DNA of 64,000 nucleotides, from contig JBAYWE010000003.1 in assembly GCA_041674185.1 (NCBI GenBank), positions 896 through 64,895 on the forward strand. The letters run 5' to 3'. Each line of letters starts with the position of its first letter. Position 1 is the stretch's first letter. A model generated the notes under the pieces. The model ran no database searches, was not told the DNA's origin, and worked only from the letters and a program-made list of their open reading frames with translations. Positions 1 to 10,200 of this stretch are shown here, one piece after another. Both the position numbers and the translations under genes were made by a program. This stretch comes from Minisyncoccota bacterium (lineage in GTDB: Bacteria > Patescibacteriota > Minisyncoccia > UBA6257 > JAGOQP01).

Positions 1-685
1 ATCCCCACGTAGCACCATTCACATCGGTTGTTGTCATTATTAAACCTCTTGTTTGTCCTGCTACATATCCAACATCACCAGAACCAAAAATCTTTGCTAT
101 CTTTCCTCCTTGATACAAAGTATTTTCACTTAACACAACATCTCTCATAACTCGAATGAGATATAATACTGGTATTTTACCCACCTCTGTAGCAATTACT
201 TCAATAACGGTTTCTGTTCCAGCAGTTAATGCGATACCCCCCGAAGCACTCCCCGAAGAAACCACATTTCCATTTACGGTGATAACCCCCAATCCCGTTG
301 GCGTTACGGTTACACTAGAAACACCATTTGCTACTAATACCCCATTATAGTTATATGTTGAACCTGAAAATGAATAGTTCGTAGGAGATCCACTAATTAC
401 CAGGTTAGTCAAATTTGCAGAAGTATTTGCTGTTGCTGATGGACCAGTTCCATTCTTCACCATGTAAATATTCCCCGCTTCATTCATCTGCACTGTTGAA
501 TTAGAGGTTGCCCCACTTTTTAAGGATTGTGGTGTTGCTGTTGGGGCAGATGCAATAGGAGGAGTCGTGTCAGCCGCAGAAACTATTTGCGGATTATAAG
601 AAAGAGACAGAATAGAGAATAGTAAAACAAAACAAACAACTGCCTTACCCTTTATTCCCTTGCATTGTATATTTTTTATATTCAT
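1..685 (-). CDS. secreted Thr/Ser/Gly-rich protein, 5' end only (start ATG at 683-685; the gene continues off the window start)
   Basis: Reverse-strand translation from the ATG at 683-685 gives MNIKNIQCKGIKGKAVVCFVLLFSILSLSYNPQIVSAADTTPPIASAPTATPQ...VTVTPTGLGVITVNGNVVSSGSASGG... with no stop before base 1. It starts with a signal-peptide-like hydrophobic N-terminus. The ORF track missed it because no stop lies inside the window. Confidence 0.45.
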   Translation of the reverse strand, partial: MNIKNIQCKGIKGKAVVCFVLLFSILSLSYNPQIVSAADTTPPIASAPTATPQSLKSGATSNSTVQMNEAGNIYMVKNGTGPSATANTSANLTNLVISGSPTNYSFSGSTYNYNGVLVANGVSSVTVTPTGLGVITVNGNVVSSGSASGGIALTAGTETVIEVIATEVGKIPVLYLIRVMRDVVLSENTLYQGGKIAKIFGSGDVGYVAGQTRGLIMTTTDVNGATWG

Positions 686-861
686 GTGTATGACGTACTG
701 TTATTATGTTATATTTTCTGCTCTATCTTAATGTTTGTGTACAGTAATAAGAACAAAGTTAGTGTCAATTGTACATGAATAGACAGTTGAAAGCAATTTT
801 CTATTCCATTAAAAACATACACCAGTTCTGTGTATGTTTTTAATTTATAGAATAAAACTTA

Positions 862-2151
862 TTATGCGCGCACTTCTTCTACTACCTTGTCCAATTCAAG
901 AGAATGAGACCCTTTTACGAGTATAATATCTCCCGCTTTCATTATTTCTTGCAATTTAAGTCCTGCTTCCTGCGCAGTATCAAACGAATGTACTGCCGCT
1001 TCATACATTCCTTTTTCTATCGCTTTCTGTGCTATCAATTTTGCACGAGATCCTACCGTAATAAGTACATCGATACATTGAGCAGCAAGTATTCCCGCTT
1101 TCTCATGAGCCTCTATAGAGAAAGATCCTAATTCCAACATATCACCAAGAACCGCTACACGACGCGTATGAGCAACAAGTTGCATGGTTTTTAATGCCGT
1201 CTCGAGAGCTAAAGGAGATGAATTATAACTTTCGTCAATTACTTGTGTATTTTTAATTCCTTTTAAAATAACTGACCTTCCTTCCATGGGGCGATACTGT
1301 TTTTCAATAGAATCAAAAATGGCTATAAGATTTAATTTCATATATTCACTCGCCACTGCAACAGCACATGCAACCGCATACGCATGCGCTATAGAGAAAG
1401 CATTTTGAACAGTAAACGGAACCTCCGATCCCGCATATTTTAATTTAAACGTGATTCCTATAATACGATTGTGTTCTACTATATGTCGTATATGAGAAAT
1501 ACTTACATCCGCAGAATCTGTACACCCATACGTAATTATATGTGCTCGTATTTTTTCTGAAATTAATTTTGTGTGAGGATCATCAGCATTGAGAACAGCA
1601 CTATCACGAATATTTAATGCATGAACCAAACGTGATTTTTCTTTTACAATTGAACTTACTCCTGAAGGATAGAACTCTACATGAACGGGCATTTCTCCTA
1701 TAGCTGAGATAACTCCTGTATTCGGATGCGCAATAGATAATAGATGCGCAATATCACCTGGTCTATCTGCCCCATATTCAAGCACTAAAACTTCTGGATA
1801 TTGTTTCCGTAATGGAAATAAGATTTTAAAAAAAGATCCCACAATAACTCGAATCCAAAACCACCCTACGGGTCGCGTGATTGTATGCCAATTTCCTAGA
1901 ATAGTAAGTGGAACCCCTAATTCATTATTAAAATTTGCTTGTGTTTTTCGCACTCGACGTGCTTCACAGAGTGCCGCATAAATTGCCTCTTTTGCAGATG
2001 TTTTTCCTACACTCCCTGTGATAGCAATAATATATGGTTTATAGGTACGTATGGTTTGACGTGCGAGCCAATGCACTATGCGATGTAATATACGTACCAT
2101 TGTTTTTTTCATATTATGCATATGTTTTTTAGGAATGAGTTGATGATGCAT
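862..2151 (-). CDS. murF: UDP-N-acetylmuramoyl-tripeptide--D-alanyl-D-alanine ligase
   Basis: Mur ligase P-loop ITGSVGKTS and the NFNNELGVPLT motif characteristic of MurF. It lies directly downstream of ftsI in the mraZ-rsmH-ftsL-ftsI-murF arrangement. Confidence 0.85.
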   Translation of the reverse strand: MHHQLIPKKHMHNMKKTMVRILHRIVHWLARQTIRTYKPYIIAITGSVGKTSAKEAIYAALCEARRVRKTQANFNNELGVPLTILGNWHTITRPVGWFWIRVIVGSFFKILFPLRKQYPEVLVLEYGADRPGDIAHLLSIAHPNTGVISAIGEMPVHVEFYPSGVSSIVKEKSRLVHALNIRDSAVLNADDPHTKLISEKIRAHIITYGCTDSADVSISHIRHIVEHNRIIGITFKLKYAGSEVPFTVQNAFSIAHAYAVACAVAVASEYMKLNLIAIFDSIEKQYRPMEGRSVILKGIKNTQVIDESYNSSPLALETALKTMQLVAHTRRVAVLGDMLELGSFSIEAHEKAGILAAQCIDVLITVGSRAKLIAQKAIEKGMYEAAVHSFDTAQEAGLKLQEIMKAGDIILVKGSHSLELDKVVEEVRA

Positions 2152-3781
2152 TAGGGGTTATTCTATCTGGTCCAATCTCATAATAATTAAGAATAAATTG
2201 AGCTAAAGCTTTAAATGCAGGTACCACTGTTTGTCCTGCGAGTGGCGCATTGCGTGGTTTTACTAATTTAATAAGAATAACAAATTGAGGGTGTGATGCA
2301 GGAGCTGAACCTATATAGGTATTAATAACTTGTTCAGTGTACCCATTGCGTCCGAAATCGGGAATAAAGGCGGTACCTGTTTTTCCTGCTACATTGTACT
2401 GAGGAATCGCCGCGAGAATATTTTTATCTACCGCCGATACCATCATGTCCATTACTTTGCGAGATGTATCTTCACTAATAACTCGTCGCACCACCTGTGT
2501 CTCATCATCTTTTAGAATAAGAGGCTTTAAAAGTAATCCGCCATTTGCAATTGCTGACGCAGCACTAATCATACGAATCGGTGTCACTGAAATACCCTGT
2601 CCATAAGAAGCAGTTACATAGTTTATCTCTTCTTTTGTATTTTCAATATTTCTAATATTTCCTTTTACTTCTCCTGGTAATTGGATTCCCGTAATTTCTC
2701 CAAATCCAAAATCTCTTACATACGTACGAAAAATTTCATTCCCCATGGTGCGTTGTGCGAATGCAGTCCCTGTATTTAACGATTGCTCAATAACATTCGT
2801 CATAGTAAGTGTTCCGTGTGCTTTCCCATCCCAATTTCTAATAGTACGTCCATTTACTGTCAAAGAACCCGTATCTCGATACGTAGTCTGAGGAGTAATT
2901 TTTCCTGAATCAATCCCCGCCGCCATGGTTATCATTTTAAATACTGACCCAGGTTCATATAAAGATTGGATGGAATTATTTAAAAAACTTCCTACGTTGA
3001 ACTTTGCATATTCATTCGGATCAAACGTGGGCATATTTGCCATAGCAAGAATTTTTCCACTGTAAGGATCCTGTACAATCACACTTGCCGATTCTGCAGT
3101 CCACGTCTTTATTAAATCTTTAATAATCTTTTCAGCTTCCGCTTGAATATTTCTATCAAGTGTTGTGTATATATCTTTCCCCCGTTGTGGTCCCTGCGTC
3201 GTATCTCCCGTGACGATACCATCAATCCCTCGTAATTCCTTATCAAATTGTAATTCTAATCCATATCGTCCTGCCATGATATCATCCTGACCCGATGAAA
3301 CAAATCCAAAGACATGTGCCGCCATATCTTTTGAAGGGTAAAATCGAAATGTTTCGTTCTTTACATACAATCCCTTAATACCTAGTGCGCGTACCTGATC
3401 AACTTCATTTTGCGTTGCTTTTTCTTTGATTAATTCATATAAATCATTTTTTTTACTCAATGATTTTTCCAATGTTTCATTAGAGATGCCCACTAAAGGA
3501 GCTACCGCAAGTGCTGTTTCTAATGGTTTTTCTATTTCTTTTGGAACTGCATATATGAGAGGATATTCTTTATTTAATACACTAGAAATATCCGTTCCAT
3601 TTTTATCAGTCATATATATAGTTCCTCGACGTGCCTCGAGGGCTCCTGAGGCTTGATCTTGCGCTTGAGCTTTCTGTGTATAAAACTGCCCCTGAGAAAC
3701 TTGAATCACATATAAATTGGCGACCAAAACGCCAAAAATAAGTACAAATCCTATGCGAATAAACCAAAATTTAAACTTCAT
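2129..3781 (-). CDS. ftsI: penicillin-binding protein 2 / FtsI-type peptidoglycan transpeptidase
   Basis: N-terminal membrane anchor, PBP dimerisation region, and transpeptidase motifs SVFK (SxxK) and KTGTA (KTG). It sits between ftsL and murF. Confidence 0.85.
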   Translation of the reverse strand: MKFKFWFIRIGFVLIFGVLVANLYVIQVSQGQFYTQKAQAQDQASGALEARRGTIYMTDKNGTDISSVLNKEYPLIYAVPKEIEKPLETALAVAPLVGISNETLEKSLSKKNDLYELIKEKATQNEVDQVRALGIKGLYVKNETFRFYPSKDMAAHVFGFVSSGQDDIMAGRYGLELQFDKELRGIDGIVTGDTTQGPQRGKDIYTTLDRNIQAEAEKIIKDLIKTWTAESASVIVQDPYSGKILAMANMPTFDPNEYAKFNVGSFLNNSIQSLYEPGSVFKMITMAAGIDSGKITPQTTYRDTGSLTVNGRTIRNWDGKAHGTLTMTNVIEQSLNTGTAFAQRTMGNEIFRTYVRDFGFGEITGIQLPGEVKGNIRNIENTKEEINYVTASYGQGISVTPIRMISAASAIANGGLLLKPLILKDDETQVVRRVISEDTSRKVMDMMVSAVDKNILAAIPQYNVAGKTGTAFIPDFGRNGYTEQVINTYIGSAPASHPQFVILIKLVKPRNAPLAGQTVVPAFKALAQFILNYYEIGPDRITPNASSTHS

Positions 3782-3849
3782 CCCCGTAACGTTACTTTAA
3801 TTAGTACAGATCACCTTCCGTTGGAATCTCATTCGCGTACATTTTTGCA

Positions 3850-4164
3850 CTAAGGACGTTGTGTTGCCACTGTCGATGCTGTTTCTGAATATTGAGGATG
3901 TTTTTCAGAAATTAATCCTCGTGATTGAAGAAATGTTTCTTGAGTTGCTTCATCAAGAAATTGATACATATCATTTTTTAATTCAGCATTTCGTACTTGT
4001 GCGTGCGCGAGAACTGTTCTCTTACTTGCAATGTCTTGTCGTAATGCAGCAACTTCATTATACAGGAAAACTCCTCCAATAAAAGAGGCGAAGATAAGTG
4101 TGATGGTTGACAGTATAAAAATATTTCCTCTGAGTTCTCTTTTTTTGAATTCAATGACAGTCAT
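3850..4164 (-). CDS. ftsL: cell division protein FtsL-like (small bitopic coiled-coil protein)
   Basis: 104 aa with a short cytoplasmic N-terminus, one TM helix (IFILSTITLIFASFIGGVFLY) and a coiled-coil tail. It occupies the conserved position between rsmH and ftsI. Confidence 0.55.
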   Translation of the reverse strand: MTVIEFKKRELRGNIFILSTITLIFASFIGGVFLYNEVAALRQDIASKRTVLAHAQVRNAELKNDMYQFLDEATQETFLQSRGLISEKHPQYSETASTVATQRP

Positions 4165-4198
4165 AAGTTTTGAAATCTCTAATTATTAATTTCTAATT

Positions 4199-5092
4199 TT
4201 ATATTTTTTCAAATACACGAAGTTTTGCAGAGCGCGCACGTGGATTTTCTTGTATATCTTTTTCTGTAGGAATGAGTGGTCGTTTCGTGATACTAATTCC
4301 TATTCCTTGATCTACTAAGTCTTTAAATCCTTGCTTTATTCTCCTATCCTCCAGAGAATGGAACGTAATGATTCCCAATCTTCCCTGTGGAGCGAGTATA
4401 GATGGAGCATCTGTGAGTAATTTTTGTATATTCTCAAATTCTCCATTCACATATATACGTAACGCTTGAAATGTTCTGGTCGCAGGATGAATACCTCCCC
4501 GCTTATACTGTGGCACCATCTGTTCAATCAATTCTGCTAACTGCCGTGTAGTGTAGATGCGTTCTTTTTTTCTCTCGATGACTATTTTTTCTGCAATTGC
4601 ACGGGCATATCGTTCTTCTCCGTAGGTATGTATGATATCGGCAAGCGCTTCCTTAGAAAACGAGTTAATGACTTCGTATGCGGGAATGCGCGATGAGATA
4701 TTATATCTCATATCAAGAGGACCTTCACGCATAAAACTCATTCCTCGCTGTGGACTTTCAATTTGCAAAGAAGAAAATCCTAAATCAGCAATAATTGCAT
4801 TCACTGAAGTAATTTTTTCTTTTTCACACACGTTTTGAATATCAGCGTAATTACTCCACACAAATTTCAATTTTGATTGATCCTGTGAAGAAAATTCTGT
4901 TCTGATTTCTTTTTCGGTGCGCTCAATAATCTCTCTATCCCAATCAATACCCACAAACACACCACCGGGAAAGATGCGCTTAATAATTTCTCGTGCATGT
5001 CCTCCTCCATTCGTTGTCGCATCTATCACCGTCATCCCTGGGATACATTTGAGCGTCTCTATAACTTCATGTAAAAGTACTGGAATATGCAT
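4199..5092 (-). CDS. rsmH: 16S rRNA (cytosine1402-N4)-methyltransferase RsmH/MraW
   Basis: N-terminal MHIPVLLHEVIE...TVIDATTNGGGHA, typical of the RsmH SAM-binding region. It is adjacent to mraZ. Confidence 0.9.
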   Translation of the reverse strand: MHIPVLLHEVIETLKCIPGMTVIDATTNGGGHAREIIKRIFPGGVFVGIDWDREIIERTEKEIRTEFSSQDQSKLKFVWSNYADIQNVCEKEKITSVNAIIADLGFSSLQIESPQRGMSFMREGPLDMRYNISSRIPAYEVINSFSKEALADIIHTYGEERYARAIAEKIVIERKKERIYTTRQLAELIEQMVPQYKRGGIHPATRTFQALRIYVNGEFENIQKLLTDAPSILAPQGRLGIITFHSLEDRRIKQGFKDLVDQGIGISITKRPLIPTEKDIQENPRARSAKLRVFEKI

Positions 5093-5094
5093 GT

Positions 5095-5526
5095 CTATAT
5101 TCCTAATTCGCCTAACTGCTCGGCGATCTGATCTGACTCTCGTTCGGTTTTTGTTTTATACGCTTTCCATTCAACATCATTCCAAATTTCAATACGGTTA
5201 TATAATCCGGTTACGATGACATTTTTTCCTAAACGTGCATACGTACGTAAATGTTCTGGAATTAAGATACGTCCTTGTGTATCAAATTCTACTTCACCCG
5301 CACCCGCTAACATGAGTCGTACAAACGCGCGTGATCCTGATTGTGCCAATGGTAATGAAATTAATTTTTGTGCAAGGGTATCCCATTCCTTTTGTGTGAA
5401 CACAAACAAACAATGATCCAATCCTCTAGTAATAATCGCCCCTCCATCTAATTTGGAACGAAACTTAGCAGGAATAGCCATTCTGCCTTTGGGATCAATA
5501 CTGTGTTTGAATTCTCCTAGAAACAT
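5095..5526 (-). CDS. mraZ: transcriptional regulator MraZ
   Basis: MFLGEFKHSIDPKGRMAIPAKFR... with duplicated MraZ/SpoVT-AbrB-like halves. It is the first gene of the division/cell-wall cluster. Confidence 0.9.
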   Translation of the reverse strand: MFLGEFKHSIDPKGRMAIPAKFRSKLDGGAIITRGLDHCLFVFTQKEWDTLAQKLISLPLAQSGSRAFVRLMLAGAGEVEFDTQGRILIPEHLRTYARLGKNVIVTGLYNRIEIWNDVEWKAYKTKTERESDQIAEQLGELGI

Positions 5527-5574
5527 ACGTGTAAATTAATAGTCACCACCCCATTTATATGAAAAAACTTTGTT

Positions 5575-5634
5575 TTCTTCTTTGTCTGCGTCGTTCCCCG
5601 ATGCCTCATGCCCATCAGGGCAGACAAAGAAGAA
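5575..5634. promoter_or_regulatory. 15-bp perfect inverted repeat (ttcttctttgtctgc ... gcagacaaagaagaa) with a GC-rich internal hairpin, in the mraZ upstream region
   Basis: Read directly from the sequence. The left arm is at 5575-5589 and the right arm at 5620-5634, with about 30 nt between them containing a second small stem (gatg...catc). Its function is unknown; it could be an operator or a terminator. Confidence 0.4.
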
Positions 5635-5841
5635 AACATCAACCTTTTTTAACTTATCCACACAGTTATCCACTTTTCACCACTTTTATTTAATTATACC
5701 CACTCTACACACCTTTGCAACACCTCCCCTGTGCATAACTTTATATATTCTCACCGTAAAAATGAATCTCACTCAATACATAAAAAAACAAACTAAGATA
5801 GACAACTCTACTATTTTTTTGTACACTTGATACACTTGAAT

Positions 5842-5913
5842 GCATCCTTAGTTTAGTGGTAGAACGTCGCATTCACATTGCGAAGGTCGTAGGTTCGATC
5901 CCTACAGGGTGCA
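5842..5913 (+). tRNA. tRNA-Val (anticodon CAC)
   Basis: Hand-folded cloverleaf: acceptor GCATCCT/AGGGTGC, D-stem GTTT/GAAC, anticodon stem TCGCA/TGCGA with loop TTCACAT, T-arm GTAGG-TTCGATC-CCTAC, discriminator A. CCA is not encoded. Confidence 0.85.
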
Positions 5914-5921
5914 CATAAAAA

Positions 5922-5957
5922 AATAACCCCGTTTGATAACGTGGTTATTTTTTATAG
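5922..5957. terminator. bidirectional hairpin terminator between tRNA-Val (+) and rplL (-)
   Basis: aaataacc...ggttattt stem followed by a T-run on the plus strand and an A/T-run on the minus strand. Confidence 0.5.
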
Positions 5958-5971
5958 AACAATAAACTAAT

Positions 5972-6337
5972 TTATTGTAATTCTACAACAGCACCTGCTT
6001 CCATTAATTTCTTTTTCAATTCTTCTGCCTCTTCTTTCTTTACTCCTTCTTTTACTGCTTTGGGAGCTCCATCAACAATATCTTTTGCTTCTTTCAAACC
6101 AAGACCAGTAATTTCTTTTACTACTTTAATCACGTTAATCTTTTGCTCTCCAGCTTCTTTTAAGATAACAGTATACGCTGATTTTTCTTCTGCTGCTCCC
6201 GCTCCTGCTCCCGCTCCTGCGGCTGCGACCGGCATCGCTGCAGTTACTCCAAATTTTTCTTCTAAAGCTTTCACTAAATCTGCTAATTCAAGCGCAGTCA
6301 TAGATTCAACTTTTTCGATAATATCTTTAAATTCCAT
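5972..6337 (-). CDS. rplL: 50S ribosomal protein L7/L12
   Basis: [31 protein letters not shown], an Ala/Gly-rich hinge, and a C-terminal domain [51 protein letters not shown]. Confidence 0.95.
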   Translation of the reverse strand: MEFKDIIEKVESMTALELADLVKALEEKFGVTAAMPVAAAGAGAGAGAAEEKSAYTVILKEAGEQKINVIKVVKEITGLGLKEAKDIVDGAPKAVKEGVKKEEAEELKKKLMEAGAVVELQ

Positions 6338-6364
6338 AGTTGTAATGAATTAATTTATAATTTT

Positions 6365-6862
6365 TTATTTTTGTTTTGCAATCTGATCCAGGGTATACAC
6401 TAAAGATTTCACCGGGGCCTGCAACATACCCAATAATTGCGCGAGTAAAATATCACGCGAAGGTAATTGACCAATGCGTTGCATCTCACTATCAGAGAAA
6501 TACGTTTTTGATTTCAAATCATATCCTCCCAAAATTTTAAACGCCGATCCTTTTCCAAATCCTCTTGAGAAACGATATACGATTCCACCCGCTTCGGAAA
6601 TATCTTTCGGACTAAATACGGTTGCAAGTTGTCCTCCAAATCCTTTCGTATCAACGGAAACTCCTTGTTCAGTGAATGCGCGTTGCAATAAACGTTTCTT
6701 AATGACGCGATACACCCCCCCTATCGTCCGTACTTCATTTTTAAGTTCGGTAATATTTTTTACCGGTGTCTTTGCAAAATCAACGAATACCATTGAAACT
6801 GCATCTTTTGCCAATACTACCCCATCTTCTATTTCTTGTTTTTTTTGTGCTTTTGTCTTCAT
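6365..6862 (-). CDS. rplJ: 50S ribosomal protein L10
   Basis: L10 family sequence immediately upstream of rplL, in the conserved rplJ-rplL order. Confidence 0.9.
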   Translation of the reverse strand: MKTKAQKKQEIEDGVVLAKDAVSMVFVDFAKTPVKNITELKNEVRTIGGVYRVIKKRLLQRAFTEQGVSVDTKGFGGQLATVFSPKDISEAGGIVYRFSRGFGKGSAFKILGGYDLKSKTYFSDSEMQRIGQLPSRDILLAQLLGMLQAPVKSLVYTLDQIAKQK

Positions 6863-7060
6863 AATAATTTTATTATCAATTCCGACATATGTCGGATGAT
6901 CCTGTTATAGCCCTACACGGTTCTATACCATACGTCAAAAAAACGACCTTTGAGATCGCAGTACATAAAAGAATGTATCCTCGGTAGGTCTTATATTCCT
7001 TGCGGAATGCCTATCCCGACATGTTAGTCGAGATCCCTTGCGGGACGGTCTGCAGATCTT
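6863..7060 (-). promoter_or_regulatory. putative rplJ (L10) leader / structured 5' UTR
   Basis: The ~200-nt untranslated region upstream of rplJ contains several palindromes (tccgacatatgtcgga; gatcccttgcgggac...gtctgcagatc). Established knowledge: many bacteria carry an autoregulatory L10 leader at this position. This assignment is an inference, not a model match. Confidence 0.3.
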
Positions 7061-7201
7061 GTATATATACTACTTTACTATAATTATATTGTCAATAAAA
7101 ATTAATGGAAATTAGAAATTAAAGATTACCATTCTCCCTATAGCTAAAAAATCTCTTGTTAACAAGAGATTTTTTAGTATCTTTATTGGTAGAGAAAGTT
7201 T

Positions 7202-10200
7202 TTATGCTTTCAACACATCAATATCCTCTTCCACCACCTCTTCTTCTTTCTTTTTAAAGAAGATCCAATAGATAAGGAATATAATAATGAGTAAGAGAAG
7301 CAAACTAAACCACCATGATCCGAAAAGTCCTTGGAACGCATCAAATATACTTGCCGTCAAAGTGCGTCCTGAGAGAGTTTCCGCGGTTAGATAAGAACTT
7401 ACCGATTGTGGACGATTCTTACTATCGGTGAAATTAAATACTGAGCTGAAAATAAGAATATCTCCTTTATTAACCCCTGTACTTACTTCACCCTGAATAG
7501 TCACTGAACCTTGATCACCTGACAATACAGTACCAAGATCATAGGTTACCTCGTTTACATTCTGTTCTTTAACACCTCGATCACTTGAAACAAGTTGTAT
7601 GTCGGTTTCGTCAGGAGCAATAATTTTTAAGAATGAATTTGTTAATGGATACGTACACCCATTACGATAGGTTAATGTATAGGTATACGCTTCTCCTGCG
7701 TTTATATTTTGAGGAGCTATACTAGGAACAACTATTAAACAAGAAGATCCTCCTGTTGTTGTATTGGTAAAACTCGTAGTATTTACCGTTGTAATAGTAT
7801 TACCCGTAAATGTTTGCCCTCCCGATTGTGTTTGAACAGCAAGAATATATCCATATACTGTTCCATAACTGTTTTGTGCAACAACTCGATAGAAATATGT
7901 TGTTCCTGGAGTAAGTCGTGTTAATGCATATGATGTTTGTGCATCATTTGTTCCATTTCCTATTTGCTGAGCTGTCGTACGTGATCCCAATCCTGCACTC
8001 GTACCATATTCAAACCATGCAGTTGTATTTGTTATACCATTAGGATTTACCGTTGCATTTAACAATGCAGAGTTCTGAGAAATAAAGGTAGGAGCCTTTG
8101 TTAATACAGTTGCTAATTTTCCAGATGCTTGAGTACCAAATGTATTAAAGGTAAGTATATTTCCATATGAAGTATTTACTTGATTCCGTGCCGCGGCGCG
8201 ATAGTAATATGTTTTCCCAGTTTGTAGTCCAGAAAGTTCTACACTAAAAGGAACAAAGTTTTGAGAATTTTGTATAGATTTCTCATTTGTCTTTGCATCC
8301 ATAGCATCCTTTGTAAGACCATACTCAAACCATGCATATCCTGCGTACCCATTGGTAAACATAGATCCATAAATGGTTGCGCCTGTAAGTGAGATTGCTG
8401 ATGCATTATCAGTGTTTACCAGTGGTCCTCCCGCACTACTTCCTCCACCTCCACCACCTCCGCCACCACCAGAACTTGTTGTAGTAAATGAAAGCACCGT
8501 TCCTTGTGAGCGTCCCCTGGTGTTTTCAGCAACGACACGGAAATAATATACTGTACCCGCACTCAATCCTGAAATATTCGCGGTTACATTTTGTGCTGTA
8601 GAAAGCGTCTGAGATGCTGTCTTTTGACCCAAAGAAGAATCGGCTCCATATTCAAACCAATAGGTACTCGTTAATCCATTTGGATGTATATATCCTGCAA
8701 GTGTTGCATTCGTTTGAGTAATATTAGTTGCATTCTGAGTAGTCACTGTTGGTGCTGAAATACCACCACTTACTGTTGTAATAAATGAAAGTACATTTCC
8801 ATACACACGTCCCTTACTGTTTTGAGAAGCAACACGGAAGTAATATGTCGTATTTGCGCTTAATCCTGAAATGTTTGTGTATATAGGATTTGTTTGTGAT
8901 CCAGATCCTCCATTCTGTGTTGCGCTTCGGCTTCCCAATGTTTGATCAGTACCATATTCAAACCAGTAGGTAGTGGTAAGACTTCCTGGATTCACTGATC
9001 CATTTAAACGAGCGCTTGTACTTGTAATAGTATCTGCAGCGATAGTCTGTGCAATAGGAGCTGTTGTTGTATCTCCTCCTCCCGTTGTTGTAGTAAATGA
9101 AAGCACCGTTCCTTGTGAGCGTCCCATAGTGTTTTCAGCAACGACACGGAAATAATATACTGTACCCGCACTCAATCCTGAAATATTCGCGGTTACATTT
9201 TGTGCTGCATTTATATTTTGTGATGTCGTTATTTGTCCCAATGATTGTGTGGTTCCATATTCAAACCAATAGGTACTCGTTAATCCATTTGGATGTATAT
9301 ATCCTGCAAGTGTTGCATTCGTTTGAGTAATATTAGTTGCATTCTGAGTAGTCACTGTTGGTTTTGAATTTCCCCCATTTCCATTCGTTGTTGAAAAATT
9401 TAATATAGATCCATATGAAGTTCCCTTACTATTTTGAGCTACAGCACGGAAATAGTATGTCGTATTTGCAACCAATCCTGAAATACTGCCTGATATTGCT
9501 TGTACTACTGATCCATTCGTACTTTGTGTTGCGCTTCGGCTTCCCAATGTTTGATCAGTACCATATTCAAACCAGTAGGTAGTGGTAAGACTTCCTGGAT
9601 TCACTGATCCATTTAAACGAGCGCTCGTACTTGTAATAGTATCTGCAGCGATAGTTTGTGCAATAGGAGCTGTTGTTGTATCTCCCCCTCCCGTTGTCGT
9701 AATAAAACTCATAACATTCCCATAAGTACGTCCTTTACTATTTTGAGCTACGGCACGGAAATAGTATGTCGTATTTGCGCTTAATCCTGAGATGCTCGTA
9801 GAAACATCATTTGTTTGTGATCCAGTCCCCGCACCTTGTACTGCTGTACGGCTCCCTAATGTTTGATCAGTACCATATTCAAACCAATAGGTCGTTGCAA
9901 GATTATTTGCATTAATTTGTCCATGGAGCTGAGCTCCTGAAATAGAAGTCGCACTTGCTGCTTGTGTTGAAACTGAGGGTTGTGCGGTGGTATCCCCATT
10001 TGCCCCGGTCGTCGTAAATGAAAGAATTGAACCAGTAGTTCTTCCTTTATTATTCTCTCCAACGACACGATAATAATAGGTGGTGTTTGCAGATAATTGA
10101 GATATTAAAGCACTTACTGACTGCTTTGAGGTAAGCGATTGCGTTAGTGATTGCGTTGCGGTTCTTTGTCCCAAGGAAGAAGTTGTTCCATATTCAAACC

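Noticed and set aside
156-350. 64-aa ORF on the plus strand at the window start
   Set aside because: It lies antisense to a longer, signal-peptide-bearing ORF that runs off the window start (1..685, minus strand).
5570-5830. 86-aa ORF in the mraZ to tRNA-Val intergenic region
   Set aside because: It has a low-complexity sequence, overlaps the long inverted repeat, and ends inside the tRNA-Val promoter region. It is more likely non-coding.
8440-8480. GGN-rich tract encoding (Gly)10 inside the surface-protein gene as a slippage or frameshift site
   Set aside because: It is a mixed-codon Gly run (ggt/gga/ggc), not a homopolymer. The reading frame is intact through it.
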